Source: Thermoplasmata archaeon (GTDB lineage: Archaea; Thermoplasmatota; Thermoplasmata; Thermoplasmatales; Thermoplasmataceae). From it: a stretch of 64,000 bases of DNA. The translations under genes and the position numbers were made by a program. The notes under the pieces are model-generated. The model was not told the DNA's origin. It worked only from the letters and a program-made list of their open reading frames with translations, and did not search any database. Of this stretch, positions 48,006 to 62,428 are shown piece after piece (positions within the stretch are counted from its first letter, which is position 1; each line of letters starts with the position of its first letter). The stretch is from positions 12,606 through 76,605 of the forward strand of contig JAJZXU010000022.1 of the NCBI GenBank assembly GCA_021806235.1, in the 5' to 3' direction.

Positions 48006-48794
48006 CTATCTATGAAATGTAAGAAAATCAATATCTGATAATCCGGAAAATTTAAAACTGTATTTTCTTTTTATTTTGGAATTATCCATATTATAATTGA
48101 GGTTGTTTTTATAAAATATTTTTATAAAGTTTGAATTACTCTCCCTTATGGAATTATATATTTTATTTCCGAAACAGTATAATGTCATGTGTTCATCAGA
48201 AGACATATTGAAGATTTCATTATTGTAATCATTAATTATTTTTTCCGTTAAACACGATAGATCCTTATTTAACAATGGATTGATTATTATATTGTCATTC
48301 ATTTTTAATGGTATCCCTGATCTTATAGCGGCTAATATATCCGTGTAAATATTATATGTGCATTTCCCATATGTTAATCCCCTACGTATTATAAGATAAT
48401 TATTGTTTTCCATTACTTTTTTTTCCGTCTCGCATTTTGTTTTTCCATATGCCGTTTCGGGTTCAATTTTATAATTTTCATCCTTTTTATCGTCCCCCGA
48501 TCTGTAAACGAACTGACTGGACATAAATACCTTTTTCCCGTTTTTGAATTTATTATTTATTACCTCCTGAATTTTTGAATTTAATGGTAATAGTTCTGAG
48601 TTTTTATTATAGAAGTCTATTTCAAAATTGTTTATAATAAAATCATATTCATCATTTAATGATAGTATATCATCAATAAAATTAATAAGGTTTGGTCTGG
48701 GATATAATATTTTTATTTTATATTCGCTCATATAATCCTTTGAAAACCTAAATCCGAAACTCTCATCCCCATCAAGAATTAATATCTTTTCCAC
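48006..48794 (-). CDS. RmlD-like extended SDR / sugar-nucleotide-binding protein, divergent
   Basis: FMSSQFVY and PETAYGKTK (YxxxK); Rossmann loop degenerate (DGDESFG); probable GTG start. Confidence 0.7.
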   Translation of the reverse strand: MEKILILDGDESFGFRFSKDYMSEYKIKILYPRPNLINFIDDILSLNDEYDFIINNFEIDFYNKNSELLPLNSKIQEVINNKFKNGKKVFMSSQFVYRSGDDKKDENYKIEPETAYGKTKCETEKKVMENNNYLIIRRGLTYGKCTYNIYTDILAAIRSGIPLKMNDNIIINPLLNKDLSCLTEKIINDYNNEIFNMSSDEHMTLYCFGNKIYNSIRESNSNFIKIFYKNNLNYNMDNSKIKRKYSFKFSGLSDIDFLTFHR

Positions 48795-48911
48795 GTATGT
48801 AAATACAATACACGGATATAAGTATAAATGTAATTCATTCATTAATAGTTTGCTTATAAATAGTTATCACATAAAGGTTTAAATAATCTATAGTAATTAA
48901 CTTAGTTATAG

Positions 48912-50108
48912 GTGATGAGAATAAAAAATAATAACGTTAATTATATTTACATGGTAATAACCATACTTGTAATGACCTTCTCGATGAGGGCAACAAATAA
49001 TATGGTAATTACAACAACACCCTTACTGGCGAAAATTGACCTACATTTTTCTGAATTCTACGTGGGTATAATTTCCACAGTAATATACCTGTTCATGTTT
49101 GTGGTTACCTTTTATATAAATCCCCGATTAAATCATAAATTAAGAAAAAAATTGTTTATAACTGCAAATGCTGCACTGATTTTTGTACTTTTATCATATT
49201 TCTTTGCAGATGCTATAACAATATGGCTCTCTTCAGCAATTGCGGGGCTTGCATATGGTATAATGCTGCCTAACCTTATAACATCATCATCCCTGTTAAA
49301 AGACCAGAAACAGAGAGAACGCCTAATATCCCTTTACTCTGTTGGATTAAGCCTGAGCCTGATACTTGGCCCATCCATAGAGTATTATCTTCTTACTATT
49401 GTTGATTATAGATACGTATTCCTATTTTTCATACCGGCAGTTTTTGTGGGATTTATTACATCCCTGTTCATAAAATTCCCTGAGACTAAGAATGAAACAA
49501 GAAAAAATGTATTGAAAAATGATGGATTAAAGGCAGCAATGCTGACAATAACGACCTATAATATACCTTTTGCCGCTCTGAGCATATTTCTAACCTTGTT
49601 CGCAATAAGCAGATTCCATGTGTCTGGTTCTGTTGCATACTCGCCATATATATATTTCTTCTCAGTTTCCCTTGCAACAAGATTCATGATGATGTTAAGA
49701 CCATTTAAAAGTATAAGATTACCCTTAATCTTCTCAATTGCAATTACCGGGCTTGTGTTGTCATTATTCCCATTTATTCCAGATTTTACTGCATTTATAG
49801 TATTAATGATGCTTTTAGGAATACCACACGGATCAATATTTCCCATATCAACAATCATGATATCCAGAGGTACAACACTTGAACAGAGAAATGCGGCAAA
49901 TTCCTATTTCATGGGATATAATAACATATTATTCATGATTGTACCCCTAATATTTGGTTACATAGTGGGAGTTATAGGATACGAAAATTCATTCCTTGTA
50001 CTGTTAATACCTGTGGTCATATCCGGTATATATCTATTTAAGATATATGGGGAAAATAAAATGTTCTTTCCCGGAAATAAAAAAATTAGTGCAAGTAAAA
50101 GCCTTTAA
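48912..50108 (+). CDS. MFS transporter
   Basis: About 12 hydrophobic segments, 398 aa, LILGP. Confidence 0.85.
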   Translation: MMRIKNNNVNYIYMVITILVMTFSMRATNNMVITTTPLLAKIDLHFSEFYVGIISTVIYLFMFVVTFYINPRLNHKLRKKLFITANAALIFVLLSYFFADAITIWLSSAIAGLAYGIMLPNLITSSSLLKDQKQRERLISLYSVGLSLSLILGPSIEYYLLTIVDYRYVFLFFIPAVFVGFITSLFIKFPETKNETRKNVLKNDGLKAAMLTITTYNIPFAALSIFLTLFAISRFHVSGSVAYSPYIYFFSVSLATRFMMMLRPFKSIRLPLIFSIAITGLVLSLFPFIPDFTAFIVLMMLLGIPHGSIFPISTIMISRGTTLEQRNAANSYFMGYNNILFMIVPLIFGYIVGVIGYENSFLVLLIPVVISGIYLFKIYGENKMFFPGNKKISASKSL

Positions 50109-50172
50109 ATAATTTTTATAAATTTTTCAAATGGCTCAAAAGATTTAATAATATAAATTTATATTATCTTTT

Positions 50173-50544
50173 ATGGGTTTAATACTGGCTTTAATTTCCA
50201 TAATAATAATGGTAATACTCATATCGATACCGATGTATATAGCATCAAAGATAGTTGTTCATAACAGGAATTCAACCTTTGGCAATGCAATACTATCAAC
50301 GATATTAACAGTATTTATCCTAGCATTTATATCATTATTTATACTGTTTATATTTGCACCACTTGCAATATTAGGCAATATACTGGCGTTTTTAATAACA
50401 TTTATTATATTATTATATACATATAATGGAATATACGGCATAAGCACATTGAGAAGCTTTGCCCTGGCAGTAATGGAATTAATAATATGGTATATATTTT
50501 TCATAATTACAGGAGACCTGTTTGTTTTTAAAACGGTACTGTAA
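50173..50544 (+). CDS. Hypothetical membrane protein
   Basis: Almost entirely hydrophobic, 123 aa. Confidence 0.65.
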   Translation: MGLILALISIIIMVILISIPMYIASKIVVHNRNSTFGNAILSTILTVFILAFISLFILFIFAPLAILGNILAFLITFIILLYTYNGIYGISTLRSFALAVMELIIWYIFFIITGDLFVFKTVL

Positions 50545-50696
50545 AATTTAATTTTTTAATATGTATCAAGTTATAAAATAATTAACATTATAGTAAATTA
50601 CCGGCATATAATTTCTGTAACCGGTAAAATAGGGTACACTACAATAAAAATTTATATGTTAATAGTAATAATATTTACAGCTGTTTGGTCTATCTA

Positions 50697-51686
50697 TCAG
50701 GGTTTAAAACATAATAAAATATCATTAACAACCTGGGCTGCCGTTTCCAGTGGCCCATCATGCTTTTCAAATACTGTAATATCATCGTTATTGTCCGTTC
50801 TTTCCAGGTATCCCATGGATAATGCATCCATACATGATAGTGATTCATTCTTATTAATCTCAAAGAGTTTTGATTCAACGGTAAGTTTTGAGGTGTTGTT
50901 TATGTATGATAATATTCTATACATCTTGCCTGATTCTTTCATATATTCAATATTATCAAGGTTTTCTATACCCTCATAATATATATCTTTCAATGTAAAA
51001 CTCTTGTTTAACAGTGAATTCGCAATTATTACTGTTTTTCTTGCACCGTCAAGACCATTAATATCATCCGTATAATCAGTTTCAGCTATCCCCATATTCT
51101 GTGCTGTTTTTATTGCTTCCTTAAAATCTATATTACTTAATAACTGGTTTAAAACAAAATTTATTGTTGAGCTTACCTGGCCTTTAAATTCAAGTAGTTT
51201 TGATGATTTCAATGAATAATTATTCAAATTGAATAGGGGTACACCACCACCAACACATGATTCGTATAATATTTTTTTCCTGTTTTTTGATGCGGATTCC
51301 ATTATTTCTTTCCAGTGTAATGCCAGTGGGGCCTTATTTGAGGTAACGACGTTTTTATTACTCTCAAAGGCTTTTAAATATATGTTTTTACCATATAAAC
51401 CATCCCTGGTTGCCGGTGACATATCAACTATTAAATCAGTATCCGTGGAGAAAATCTCATCAAAGTTTATTTTTGTTTCAAGTTCATTTAATTCATTCCT
51501 TTCCTTGTACATTAAAATCTTATTTAAATCCAGACCATCTTTGTTATATACTGTATATTTTGAATCCGATACGCTTATGACACTTAAATCCAGATTGTAT
51601 CTGTTTTTAAAATACTCATAGTTGTCGTTTATTATCCCCAGAACAGCTTTTCCAATATGGCCTAGCCCTATAATAGAAATTTTCAT
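50697..51686 (-). CDS. hom: Homoserine dehydrogenase
   Basis: GLGHIG, VVTSNKAP, ESCVGGGVP, GIAETD..DDINGLDGARK. Confidence 0.93.
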   Translation of the reverse strand: MKISIIGLGHIGKAVLGIINDNYEYFKNRYNLDLSVISVSDSKYTVYNKDGLDLNKILMYKERNELNELETKINFDEIFSTDTDLIVDMSPATRDGLYGKNIYLKAFESNKNVVTSNKAPLALHWKEIMESASKNRKKILYESCVGGGVPLFNLNNYSLKSSKLLEFKGQVSSTINFVLNQLLSNIDFKEAIKTAQNMGIAETDYTDDINGLDGARKTVIIANSLLNKSFTLKDIYYEGIENLDNIEYMKESGKMYRILSYINNTSKLTVESKLFEINKNESLSCMDALSMGYLERTDNNDDITVFEKHDGPLETAAQVVNDILLCFKP

Positions 51687-51769
51687 AGCTGTTAATGTGT
51701 AATGATTTTATAAAATTTTGTTTTCAATTAAAATATTATATATAAAATAAATATAACTATATAAAATAA

Positions 51770-54148
51770 TTATAAAACCGAGGCTGCAACAACCCTGTCA
51801 TCCTCATCCAGATTTATAAGTTTTACACCAGAGGAAACCCTTGATAATATCCTGATTTCATCACCTTTTAGCCTTATTGTTTTGTTATTCTTTGTTATTA
51901 TTAGTATTTCGTCCCCGTCCTTTACAGGCAGTGCTGTAACCAGAGATCCGGTTCTGTCGCTTTCCTTGAAAATCAGAGTACCGGAAGAACCTCTGTGGTG
52001 TATTGAAAATTCTGATATGTATGTTCTTTTTCCTATTCCGTTTTCAGAAATGGTCATTATTGTATCATTATCATCTACTAAAAATGAAGCTAGAAGCTCT
52101 GCACCGTTTAGTCTAATAGATTTAACCCCTCTGGATGTTCTACCAGTTAAAGATACCTCACTGGTTAAAAACACAGCAGCTTTTTTATTCGATGCCGTAA
52201 CGAATACTTTTGATGGTTTATTTGATGCCATTACAGAAACAACCTCATCATTTTCATCCAGTTTTATTATTTTTAATCCAGATTCTCTCATTGATAATAG
52301 TTCATTGGCAGATGTTTTTTTAATAAATCCTTTCTCCGTTGTTATTATTAAATAATTTTTATTATCCTTATTATCAAGGGCTTTCATTATCTGTTTTATT
52401 TTTTCATTTTCATTTAATTTTAAAAATGTACTTGCTATGCTTCCCAGTGAAGTCCTTGATTTTCTCTCTATTGTATACGCCTTTGCCTTCAATACCCTTC
52501 CCGTATTTGTAAAGAAATATATTACATCGTGCGACATGCAGGATAAAATGCTTTTTACATTATCCTCCTTCCGTGTATTTGTAATTATTCCCTTGCCACC
52601 ACGTTTCTGAACGTTGTATTCCTCTGATGAAACACGTTTTATTAAACCATTTTCACTTAATATCAGTATAGATTCTTCGTTTGGAATTAGATCTTCATCA
52701 TTCCTTTCATCTATACCCCTGTTTAAAATTTTGGTTCTTCTTTCATCACCGTATGATTTTTTAATTTCCAGTATTTCATTTTTTAATACTTCTCTTCTTG
52801 CATTATCATTATTTATTATTTCATTTAATTTTTTGATATTTTCCTTGATGGTTACCAGTTCGTCCTCTATTTTTTTAATTTCTAAACCTGTTAATCTCTG
52901 TAATCTCATATCTAATATGGCATTTGCCTGCTTTTCCGACAGGTTTAATCTACTCATCAAAGAACTTCTTGCAGTATCGGTTGTTTCAGATGACCTTATT
53001 ATTTTTATTACATCATCGATATTTTTTAATGCTATGCTTAAGCCCAGCAATATATGTTCACGGTCCAGTAGCTTATTTACATCGTATACTGACCTTTTTT
53101 TAATGATGTTCATTCTGAAATTTAAAAATCCATTTACCATTTCAGATAGATTCATGACCTTCGGCTCGTTATTTAAAAGTACCAGGTTATTGACACTTAT
53201 AGACGTTTCCAGTGCGGTATGCTCATATAATTGATTTATTGTTAGCCCTTTACTATCATCGTTCTTTATTTTTATTACTATTCTTATTCCGTTTCTGTCA
53301 CTTTCATCCCTTATATCCGATATATTATTTATTATACCATTTTTTACCTGCTCTGCAACGTTCTGAATGTATACCGCCTTATTAACGCCATATGGCAGGG
53401 TTTTTATTATTATTCTTTTTTTATCCTCAGTAATTTCTCCCTGGCATAATACCTTACCATGGCCTGTTCTGTATATATTCAGCAAATCAGAGCTGTTATA
53501 TATAATTCCACCGCCGGGGAAATCTGGACCCTTTACAAATTTTAATAAATCATTTATATCACAGTCCGGATTTTCAAGGGCAAATAACATTGCATCTGAC
53601 ACCTCTGTTAGATTATGTGGCACCATATTAGTTGCCATGCCCACGGCTATTCCGGATGTACCGTTTATGAGTAACTGCGGTATTTTCGATGGCATATAAA
53701 CAGGCTCATTTAATGAACCGTCAAAATTTGGCATGAAATCAACTGTATTTTTTTCTATGTCCCTGATCATTTCCTCTGATATTTTATCCAGCCTTGCCTC
53801 TGTATACCTCATTGCTGCAGGTGAATCACCATCTATTGATCCAAAATTGCCCTGGCCATCAATTAATGTATATCTTAATGAAAAATCCTGTGCCATCCTT
53901 GCCAGTGCGTCATATATTGATGAATCACCGTGTGGATGGTATTTACCCATTGTTTCTCCTATAATACGTGCCGACTTTTTATATGGTTTATCATGTGTAA
54001 CACCAAGCTCATACATTGAATATATAATTCTTCTCTGAACCGGCTTTAAGCCATCCCTGAAATCGGGTATAGCCCTGCTCACAATTACACTCATTGCATA
54101 ATCTAAATATGAAGTTTTAATTTCTTCCTCTATAGGCCTCATTAACAT
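51770..54148 (-). CDS. gyrA: DNA gyrase subunit A
   Basis: [24 protein letters not shown], GyrA-box QKRGGKG. Confidence 0.97.
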   Translation of the reverse strand: MLMRPIEEEIKTSYLDYAMSVIVSRAIPDFRDGLKPVQRRIIYSMYELGVTHDKPYKKSARIIGETMGKYHPHGDSSIYDALARMAQDFSLRYTLIDGQGNFGSIDGDSPAAMRYTEARLDKISEEMIRDIEKNTVDFMPNFDGSLNEPVYMPSKIPQLLINGTSGIAVGMATNMVPHNLTEVSDAMLFALENPDCDINDLLKFVKGPDFPGGGIIYNSSDLLNIYRTGHGKVLCQGEITEDKKRIIIKTLPYGVNKAVYIQNVAEQVKNGIINNISDIRDESDRNGIRIVIKIKNDDSKGLTINQLYEHTALETSISVNNLVLLNNEPKVMNLSEMVNGFLNFRMNIIKKRSVYDVNKLLDREHILLGLSIALKNIDDVIKIIRSSETTDTARSSLMSRLNLSEKQANAILDMRLQRLTGLEIKKIEDELVTIKENIKKLNEIINNDNARREVLKNEILEIKKSYGDERRTKILNRGIDERNDEDLIPNEESILILSENGLIKRVSSEEYNVQKRGGKGIITNTRKEDNVKSILSCMSHDVIYFFTNTGRVLKAKAYTIERKSRTSLGSIASTFLKLNENEKIKQIMKALDNKDNKNYLIITTEKGFIKKTSANELLSMRESGLKIIKLDENDEVVSVMASNKPSKVFVTASNKKAAVFLTSEVSLTGRTSRGVKSIRLNGAELLASFLVDDNDTIMTISENGIGKRTYISEFSIHHRGSSGTLIFKESDRTGSLVTALPVKDGDEILIITKNNKTIRLKGDEIRILSRVSSGVKLINLDEDDRVVAASVL

Positions 54149-54160
54149 TTTTTATTCACC

Positions 54161-56212
<2,052 letters not shown>

Positions 56213-56305
56213 TCATTAAAAATTTTTTATTATATATTTATTTAAAAATATAATTTTTTTATGGTTCGATATCAATATTTAATTATTTATAAATGATATG
56301 TTATA

Positions 56306-56986
56306 ATGGAAATCATAAACTCCGGTGGCTGGAAGGTTTATATAAATTTATTTGAAAATGAAAATATTAGTAACTGTGTGAGAAAAATAGTGGATACAGA
56401 TAATAGTAACAGTAATTACTCAGTTAAAAAAAACAATTTTAAACATAATTTTGATAAAAAATATTTGCCGTTAATATATGATAATTTGAATAATACCTGT
56501 TATTTAGCTTTGGGTTTTGTTTATGATGAATACGGACATTTAAGTTTTAACAGAATAGAAAAGAGAAATCAGAACTATTATATTTATATTTCAAATAAAA
56601 AATATTTTGATAATAAAAAGGGAAAGATAAGGGTAAAAATATTCAATACATTTTCATTAAAACATATCTTTGCTGCATCATTTCCAGTAAAAAACAGGGA
56701 ATTTATTTTAAACTATGATAATAATAACAGCTTTATTTATGATATTATACCATATGATACGAATTTCATTATAGATGCAGAGATCCTGAGAGAGTATAAA
56801 ACATTCAATGAAAATATATCATTCGGGGAAGATATTATAAACAGTGATATGGTTTATAATAAATTGAAGATAAAAAATATAAAATTTAATAAAAAGGAAT
56901 GTTATGGCATAATTCAGGGAGGGCCTGACCATAGATTCCTTTATAATCTTGGTAAGGAGATAAACTATAATGTTCAAAGAATTTAA
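56306..56986 (+). CDS. Hypothetical protein
   Basis: 226-aa ORF divergent from gyrB; no motif recognised. Confidence 0.55.
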   Translation: MEIINSGGWKVYINLFENENISNCVRKIVDTDNSNSNYSVKKNNFKHNFDKKYLPLIYDNLNNTCYLALGFVYDEYGHLSFNRIEKRNQNYYIYISNKKYFDNKKGKIRVKIFNTFSLKHIFAASFPVKNREFILNYDNNNSFIYDIIPYDTNFIIDAEILREYKTFNENISFGEDIINSDMVYNKLKIKNIKFNKKECYGIIQGGPDHRFLYNLGKEINYNVQRI

Positions 56987-57226
56987 TTATTTTTTTAGAA
57001 AGATATCAATTTCACTGCCGTTATCATTAAAATCAAATAATTCCAGTTTTGAATATTTTGCAAGTTCCTCAAATTTTTCTTTTTTAAATGGAAATTTTTC
57101 CTTAGATGCAATTATTTTAATTTCTTCCCCATCATCGAGATCAAAATATAACCCCTTGAAATATGCCTTTAAATAATTTTCAGGGTCACCACCACATACT
57201 ACTTTCCTCTGATCCTCAGTTCTCAT
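56987..57226 (-). CDS. Small protein, possibly TusA/SirA-like
   Basis: D-x-R-x-x-x-C-x-x-x-P N-terminus, GEEIKII, C-terminal IFLKK. Confidence 0.5.
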   Translation of the reverse strand: MRTEDQRKVVCGGDPENYLKAYFKGLYFDLDDGEEIKIIASKEKFPFKKEKFEELAKYSKLELFDFNDNGSEIDIFLKK

Positions 57227-57301
57227 GCTAATATTATTACTTTTAAGGATTTACAGTTTACTATTTATTAATTTAAATTGAGAATTTTGTGTGTTAAAAA
57301 A

Positions 57302-58954
57302 TTATTTGTGCAGAAAGTATCCTTCACTGCCGTTCAGGTTTACATAGCCAAATCTCTCTAACTGGACAACCTCTTTTTTATTAGATGCCAGTGGTTCTAT
57401 CATACCGGATTCCACAGATCCATCCGGATAATATATTTTAATACCACCTGAATTCTCAGGAACCCACTGTATTATTTTTACTTTTTTATCTATATCCTCA
57501 GATATGTAATCCAGAGAATTGGCATGTTTTGTTACAACACATAAATCCTTTAACCTGATAGTTTCACTGTCTTTTAGTTTTTCAAATTCTTTCCCGGGAA
57601 AATATATATTTGAATTCTTATCCAGATCGTATTCTCTGCAGCCCAGATCAGGCCTCTGTGGATGAAACATTGCATGGCTCTTCAATTTTTTACTGTTTTT
57701 AATATTAAATTTTTCCGGCTCAGGCACAAAGAAATATCTCATTGTATTATAATCTATTATTTCCCTGTTCATTGAATTAAATATTTCCCATGAAAATGTT
57801 GCATTGTTTTTATTCATTCCTGAAGATACCCAGTATTTTCTAAAGGTTTCAGGCATGTATCCTCTTTTTTTCAGTGCCCTTATTGTACCTAGCCTTATAT
57901 CATTCCATCCAGAATATTTGCCCGATCTTATTCCATCCTTCATTAGCGTTGTTTTTAATACTGTACCGGGTATATTTATAAATCCATAATGAAAATACTC
58001 CGGTATTTTCCAGCCATTGCATTTAAATACATATTCCTGTTTTTCTGTGTTCACCAGGTGATCTATTCCCCTTATTACGTGTGTTAAACCTAAATAATGG
58101 TCATCAACCGATACCGAAAAATTCATTGTTGGATATAAGATGTATTTGTCTCCAGTTAATGGATGCTTTTTATAATTTAGCCTGAAGGCAATCCAGTCTC
58201 TTATGGAAGGGTTTGGGTGATTTATATCTGTTTTCATTACAACAGCGGCCTTACCTTCCTCATATTTGCCCTCAAGTAGTTTATCAAATCTTTCCAGATG
58301 TATTTCAGGGTCATAATCCCTGCATTTAACCGGTATTTTTTTCAATTTTAAATCATGGAATTCCGCCTGATTCTCCTCTATTACGTACATAAACCCCTTT
58401 GATATCATTTTTCTTGCTTCTTTATAATAAAAATCCATTCTTGATGACTGTATTACCTTTTTTGTTACATTAACATTTAGCCATTCTAAATCCTCTGGTA
58501 TCATGTCGTATGCATCTATATCTACATTTGCCGGGTTCGTATCCTCTATCCTTAATATTAGGTCCCCGCCATATTTTTTCACATATTCATCATTTAAAAT
58601 TGCCATTCTTGAATGGCCTATATGCAATGGCCCGGATGGGGATGGTGCCATTCTCATCACCACTCTGCCATGAACATTTTCCAGATCTGGTAAATTATGT
58701 TTTTCCTCCTTTTTTTCTTTTATTAAAAATTCAGGATATTCTGTATTAACTATTTCTATAATCTGATCTTTGCTTAAGGAATTAACAGTATCTACCCCTG
58801 CCTTTACATCCTCAATTATAGATTTTACATTTTTCCTTAAATCTGGATTTTCCGCAATTAATTTACTTACGACCGAAGAAATATCAGCTTTGCCATCATG
58901 TAAATATGCATTTTTAATAGCCTGTTTCCTGATTTCTTGCAACATAATAATCAT
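57302..58954 (-). CDS. gltX: Glutamyl-tRNA synthetase
   Basis: [35 protein letters not shown]. Confidence 0.97.
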   Translation of the reverse strand: MIIMLQEIRKQAIKNAYLHDGKADISSVVSKLIAENPDLRKNVKSIIEDVKAGVDTVNSLSKDQIIEIVNTEYPEFLIKEKKEEKHNLPDLENVHGRVVMRMAPSPSGPLHIGHSRMAILNDEYVKKYGGDLILRIEDTNPANVDIDAYDMIPEDLEWLNVNVTKKVIQSSRMDFYYKEARKMISKGFMYVIEENQAEFHDLKLKKIPVKCRDYDPEIHLERFDKLLEGKYEEGKAAVVMKTDINHPNPSIRDWIAFRLNYKKHPLTGDKYILYPTMNFSVSVDDHYLGLTHVIRGIDHLVNTEKQEYVFKCNGWKIPEYFHYGFINIPGTVLKTTLMKDGIRSGKYSGWNDIRLGTIRALKKRGYMPETFRKYWVSSGMNKNNATFSWEIFNSMNREIIDYNTMRYFFVPEPEKFNIKNSKKLKSHAMFHPQRPDLGCREYDLDKNSNIYFPGKEFEKLKDSETIRLKDLCVVTKHANSLDYISEDIDKKVKIIQWVPENSGGIKIYYPDGSVESGMIEPLASNKKEVVQLERFGYVNLNGSEGYFLHK

Positions 58955-59897
58955 TTACCCCCCTTTCTATAATGCTATTAAGTTCGTCCAGTCCCTGTTT
59001 AGTAACTGTTGATATGCATATATCCTCCATTCTATCACACATATCTATTTTTGTTTGAATCCTTATTATTTTATTATTGAATGTGCCTGATATTTCATTG
59101 TATAAATTATTCTGCTCTTCTACCGTATATTTTGAAGTGTTTGAATAATCAAATAAAAACAGTATTGTGCCTTCTATTTTTGATAATGCAATTATTGCCC
59201 TTTTTTCTATATCATTTCTTTTGCTCATATCACGGTCTAAAATTCCAGGCGTATCTATAAACTGGACCTTTCTTGAATTTATATTTTTATACCCAAGCAA
59301 TATCTCCTTTGTGGTGAATGGATAGCTTGCTATTTCCGTATTTGTCCCCGTTAATTTTGTTATCAGTGAACTTTTTCCTGAATTGGGTATACCCGCAATA
59401 ATAAACGTCGGTATATTCATTATTATCCCCGGTAATCTTTTTAAATAATTTTTGCACTCACCTAAGTATAATAAATCCTTATTTATATTATTAATTAATG
59501 ATGAAAACCTGCCATAATATGTCTTCATAACACTATTCATATTATCTATGGTTTTCAGTGACTTTAACTTTTTAATGTATACTGTGCTAAAATCCTTTAT
59601 TTTATTTGTTGTCCACTGTATATTTCCAAGACTTAGCTTATATTTATCCACATCAAACATTAAATCTATTAAATCGTAATAAAATGGGTTTAATGTCTCT
59701 ATTGTTGGGAACTTCCTTATTAGTTTATCCAGATGGCCACATGCTATACTCTCTATCGTTGATATTCTGTCCGTTATCTCCTTTCTTATTTTATCCTCCT
59801 TTTTTGGAAAATATGGCTCAACAATATTTGAAGCCTTATGAAAGGATTTGTCTATTATTTCCTGTGATCTTAAAACTGTGGGTATATAATCAAACAT
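58914..59897 (-). CDS. NOG1-family GTPase
   Basis: [29 protein letters not shown]. Confidence 0.92.
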   Translation of the reverse strand: MFDYIPTVLRSQEIIDKSFHKASNIVEPYFPKKEDKIRKEITDRISTIESIACGHLDKLIRKFPTIETLNPFYYDLIDLMFDVDKYKLSLGNIQWTTNKIKDFSTVYIKKLKSLKTIDNMNSVMKTYYGRFSSLINNINKDLLYLGECKNYLKRLPGIIMNIPTFIIAGIPNSGKSSLITKLTGTNTEIASYPFTTKEILLGYKNINSRKVQFIDTPGILDRDMSKRNDIEKRAIIALSKIEGTILFLFDYSNTSKYTVEEQNNLYNEISGTFNNKIIRIQTKIDMCDRMEDICISTVTKQGLDELNSIIERGVNDYYVARNQETGY

Positions 59898-60049
59898 GTA
59901 TCTTTATTTCAATGTGGTTAATATTCTTTTCATTTTCCATTGTATGATAGGGGATATTGTGGTTCGTTAATTTCTGTATGTGTTTTTATTAATTATGGCA
60001 ACCAGATTTTATGCATAAATTATTTAATAATTTATTGATATACCCTAAA

Positions 60050-60676
60050 ATGGTCAATACAGCAGAAGTGGTGAGGGAATATCTACGGAAAAATCCGGAT
60101 ATAGGTGAAAAACTTAATACAGGCATAATAAATTTATCGGCTCTTGCAAGGCTTATAATGGAGCATGAATCACTTGATGATTTTGATGCTGTTTTAGCCG
60201 CAATAAAGAGATGTAAAAATAATAGGCCATTTGCTTCCGGATCCGATACCTTAAACGATTCAAATTTAGAGATGGTCTCTGATATGGCTATGATAATTTT
60301 AAAAAGGAGTTACAGCAATATTAAGATAATATCGAATATAATAAACAATGCAAAGAAAATAAATTCAATCAGATTTGTAGATACCACCGGGGGGTTTTCC
60401 ATAATAACTGATAAAATTTTGGTAGATAAAATATTAACATTTTTCCCCGAAGATCAGATACTGAAAGTTCAGAGGAACCTTGGAGGTTTAATAATAGTAA
60501 GTCCGGAAAAAATAGAAAGGGCAAAGGGTTATGTAAATTATATAACAATGCTGCTATACCGGGCAGATATCAATATTGTACATCTTATATCAGTTTATAA
60601 CGATACTACAATTATTCTTGAAAACAGGGATCTGACAGATGCATTTAAGATAATTTCATCCAAGATAATGGAATAA
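60050..60676 (+). CDS. ACT-domain-containing protein (archaeal)
   Basis: GIINLSALAR N-terminus; C-terminal ACT-like INIVHLISVYNDT. Confidence 0.75.
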   Translation: MVNTAEVVREYLRKNPDIGEKLNTGIINLSALARLIMEHESLDDFDAVLAAIKRCKNNRPFASGSDTLNDSNLEMVSDMAMIILKRSYSNIKIISNIINNAKKINSIRFVDTTGGFSIITDKILVDKILTFFPEDQILKVQRNLGGLIIVSPEKIERAKGYVNYITMLLYRADINIVHLISVYNDTTIILENRDLTDAFKIISSKIME

Positions 60677-60719
60677 TACCTATAATTAATTTAAAATATA
60701 CCGTTAATATCCATTATAT

Positions 60720-61253
60720 ATGTCACGTTATGATGGGGTCGGTGAATTCAGAGAGAAATATATACCATATAATGAGATAATAAAAATGGCTGATTTAAAG
60801 GACGATGATATAATTATAGATATGGGGGCGGGCGATGGTTTTTATTCCCTGCTGTTTTCTAATTATATTAAAAATGGAACTATATATTCTGTGGAAAGGA
60901 ACCCGGAAGCAATTGAACTCATAAATAAAAAAACAGGGGGTATAAAAAATATAAAAATTATAAATGAGGATATATGCGGCTTAAAAATAAGGGGTTTTAA
61001 TAAGATATTTTTCTCCACTGTGTTTCATGATATTAAGTGCCGGGATTATGTTATAGACTTTATTAAAAATAATTCTAAAAAACCACTGACGGCAATTTTG
61101 ATAGAATTCAAGAAAAATAGTATAAGGGGGCCACCGGCTGATATAAAGATAGACCATGATGAATTAAAAAATATTTTTGAGAGCAATGGCTTTACACTGA
61201 AATACCACAGAGATTTTCTGTATAATTATGTTGATATATACGTTTTAAACTAA
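60720..61253 (+). CDS. Class I SAM-dependent methyltransferase
   Basis: IIDMGAGDG, STVFHDI, GPP. Confidence 0.88.
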   Translation: MSRYDGVGEFREKYIPYNEIIKMADLKDDDIIIDMGAGDGFYSLLFSNYIKNGTIYSVERNPEAIELINKKTGGIKNIKIINEDICGLKIRGFNKIFFSTVFHDIKCRDYVIDFIKNNSKKPLTAILIEFKKNSIRGPPADIKIDHDELKNIFESNGFTLKYHRDFLYNYVDIYVLN

Positions 61254-61283
61254 TATATAAATATAATAAAAAAATATCATGTT

Positions 61284-61535
61284 ATGAGTGAAGATAATAA
61301 CGGTAACAGGAATTCAATAAAACCCGTGGCAAAGAGGGTAAAAATGGATAATTCGAAATCGTTAAATTTAATCCAGGGCAGATCCAAGGTTAGGGGGGAC
61401 AAAGAAAATACAATAACGGAAGTAGATAAAAGGGATATCAACGTCTTTGGAATAAATAATAATAAAGCTGTAATAAAAAAGAAAAAAGATGAAAACAGTA
61501 ATAGTATAAATTATTTTAAAAATCAAAATAAATGA
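61284..61535 (+). CDS. Hypothetical protein
   Basis: 83-aa basic ORF after an AT-rich promoter-like gap. Confidence 0.45.
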   Translation: MSEDNNGNRNSIKPVAKRVKMDNSKSLNLIQGRSKVRGDKENTITEVDKRDINVFGINNNKAVIKKKKDENSNSINYFKNQNK

Positions 61536-61756
61536 TGCTTTTTCTGCATATTTTCATTGTCGTCGGGTTTTGGCTCATAAAATTCTACTTTGCCGCATGA
61601 ATTACATTTATACAGTGTAAATGTCTGCGTTGTTTCTGCAAGATCATTCCATCCTCCAAGGAACATACCACCTATTCCCGTGTAACCACCAACCCTAAAA
61701 TTCATGTTTCCAGCAGGCTCCATTTCTCCATTGCAATCCGGTGTTGAGCATTTCAT
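61523..61756 (-). CDS. Small zinc-ribbon protein
   Basis: MKC-x4-C...YKCNSCGKVEFY. Confidence 0.75.
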   Translation of the reverse strand: MKCSTPDCNGEMEPAGNMNFRVGGYTGIGGMFLGGWNDLAETTQTFTLYKCNSCGKVEFYEPKPDDNENMQKKHHLF

Positions 61757-61844
61757 GAAATAACCAAGCATAATTAATTATTTAAATATATTGATATTAA
61801 ACTGTTACCACAATAAAAATATAAAATAATAACATAATGTAAAC

Positions 61845-62186
61845 ATGGTAACGTGTATAATGTACAATTTAAAAATGAGCGAAATACATCCCTCAACAAT
61901 ATGTGTGTTATTAGATAAATTTAATGATTCGTTAAACGATATGATAGATGTAATTACGTCCCCATTGCCTGATGAAAGTTTGGAAGAGTATATAGAACAG
62001 TATGCAAGAACAGATGAGATAATGCCTGATGATAAAACAGTAGGCTTTGTGATAATAAATAAGGATAAAAAGGTTATATCATTAACATTTTCAGATACAG
62101 CCGGTATAAAAAAGGATGACGTAAATAAAATTATTGATAAATATAAAAAAATAGGTTATAAAGCCGAATTAGAATATCCCGATTAA
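61845..62186 (+). CDS. TA0956-family protein
   Basis: HPSTICV and ARTDEIMPDDKTVGFV, recalled from Thermoplasma TA0956. Confidence 0.8.
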   Translation: MVTCIMYNLKMSEIHPSTICVLLDKFNDSLNDMIDVITSPLPDESLEEYIEQYARTDEIMPDDKTVGFVIINKDKKVISLTFSDTAGIKKDDVNKIIDKYKKIGYKAELEYPD

Positions 62187-62428
62187 TACATTGTCAGGTT
62201 ATATTCCTTATCAGCCTTTTCATAACTTTCCCTTGAGTTTATATTCAATAGTTTACTTATTTTAATCATATATTTTTCTGGTTCCGGATCATACTGCTCA
62301 CGCCATAATATTAATCTTTTCTTATTATCATCATATAATACAGTTTCTCCATGCTTCTGTATGCAATGTATGGCCTCTGCGGCAGATAACCCGTCTTCCA
62401 GATCTTTAAAGCAGTCAAGGTAGCTCAT
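62183..62428 (-). CDS. Hypothetical protein downstream of nuoN
   Basis: ATGA overlap with the upstream ORF. Confidence 0.65.
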   Translation of the reverse strand: MSYLDCFKDLEDGLSAAEAIHCIQKHGETVLYDDNKKRLILWREQYDPEPEKYMIKISKLLNINSRESYEKADKEYNLTMY

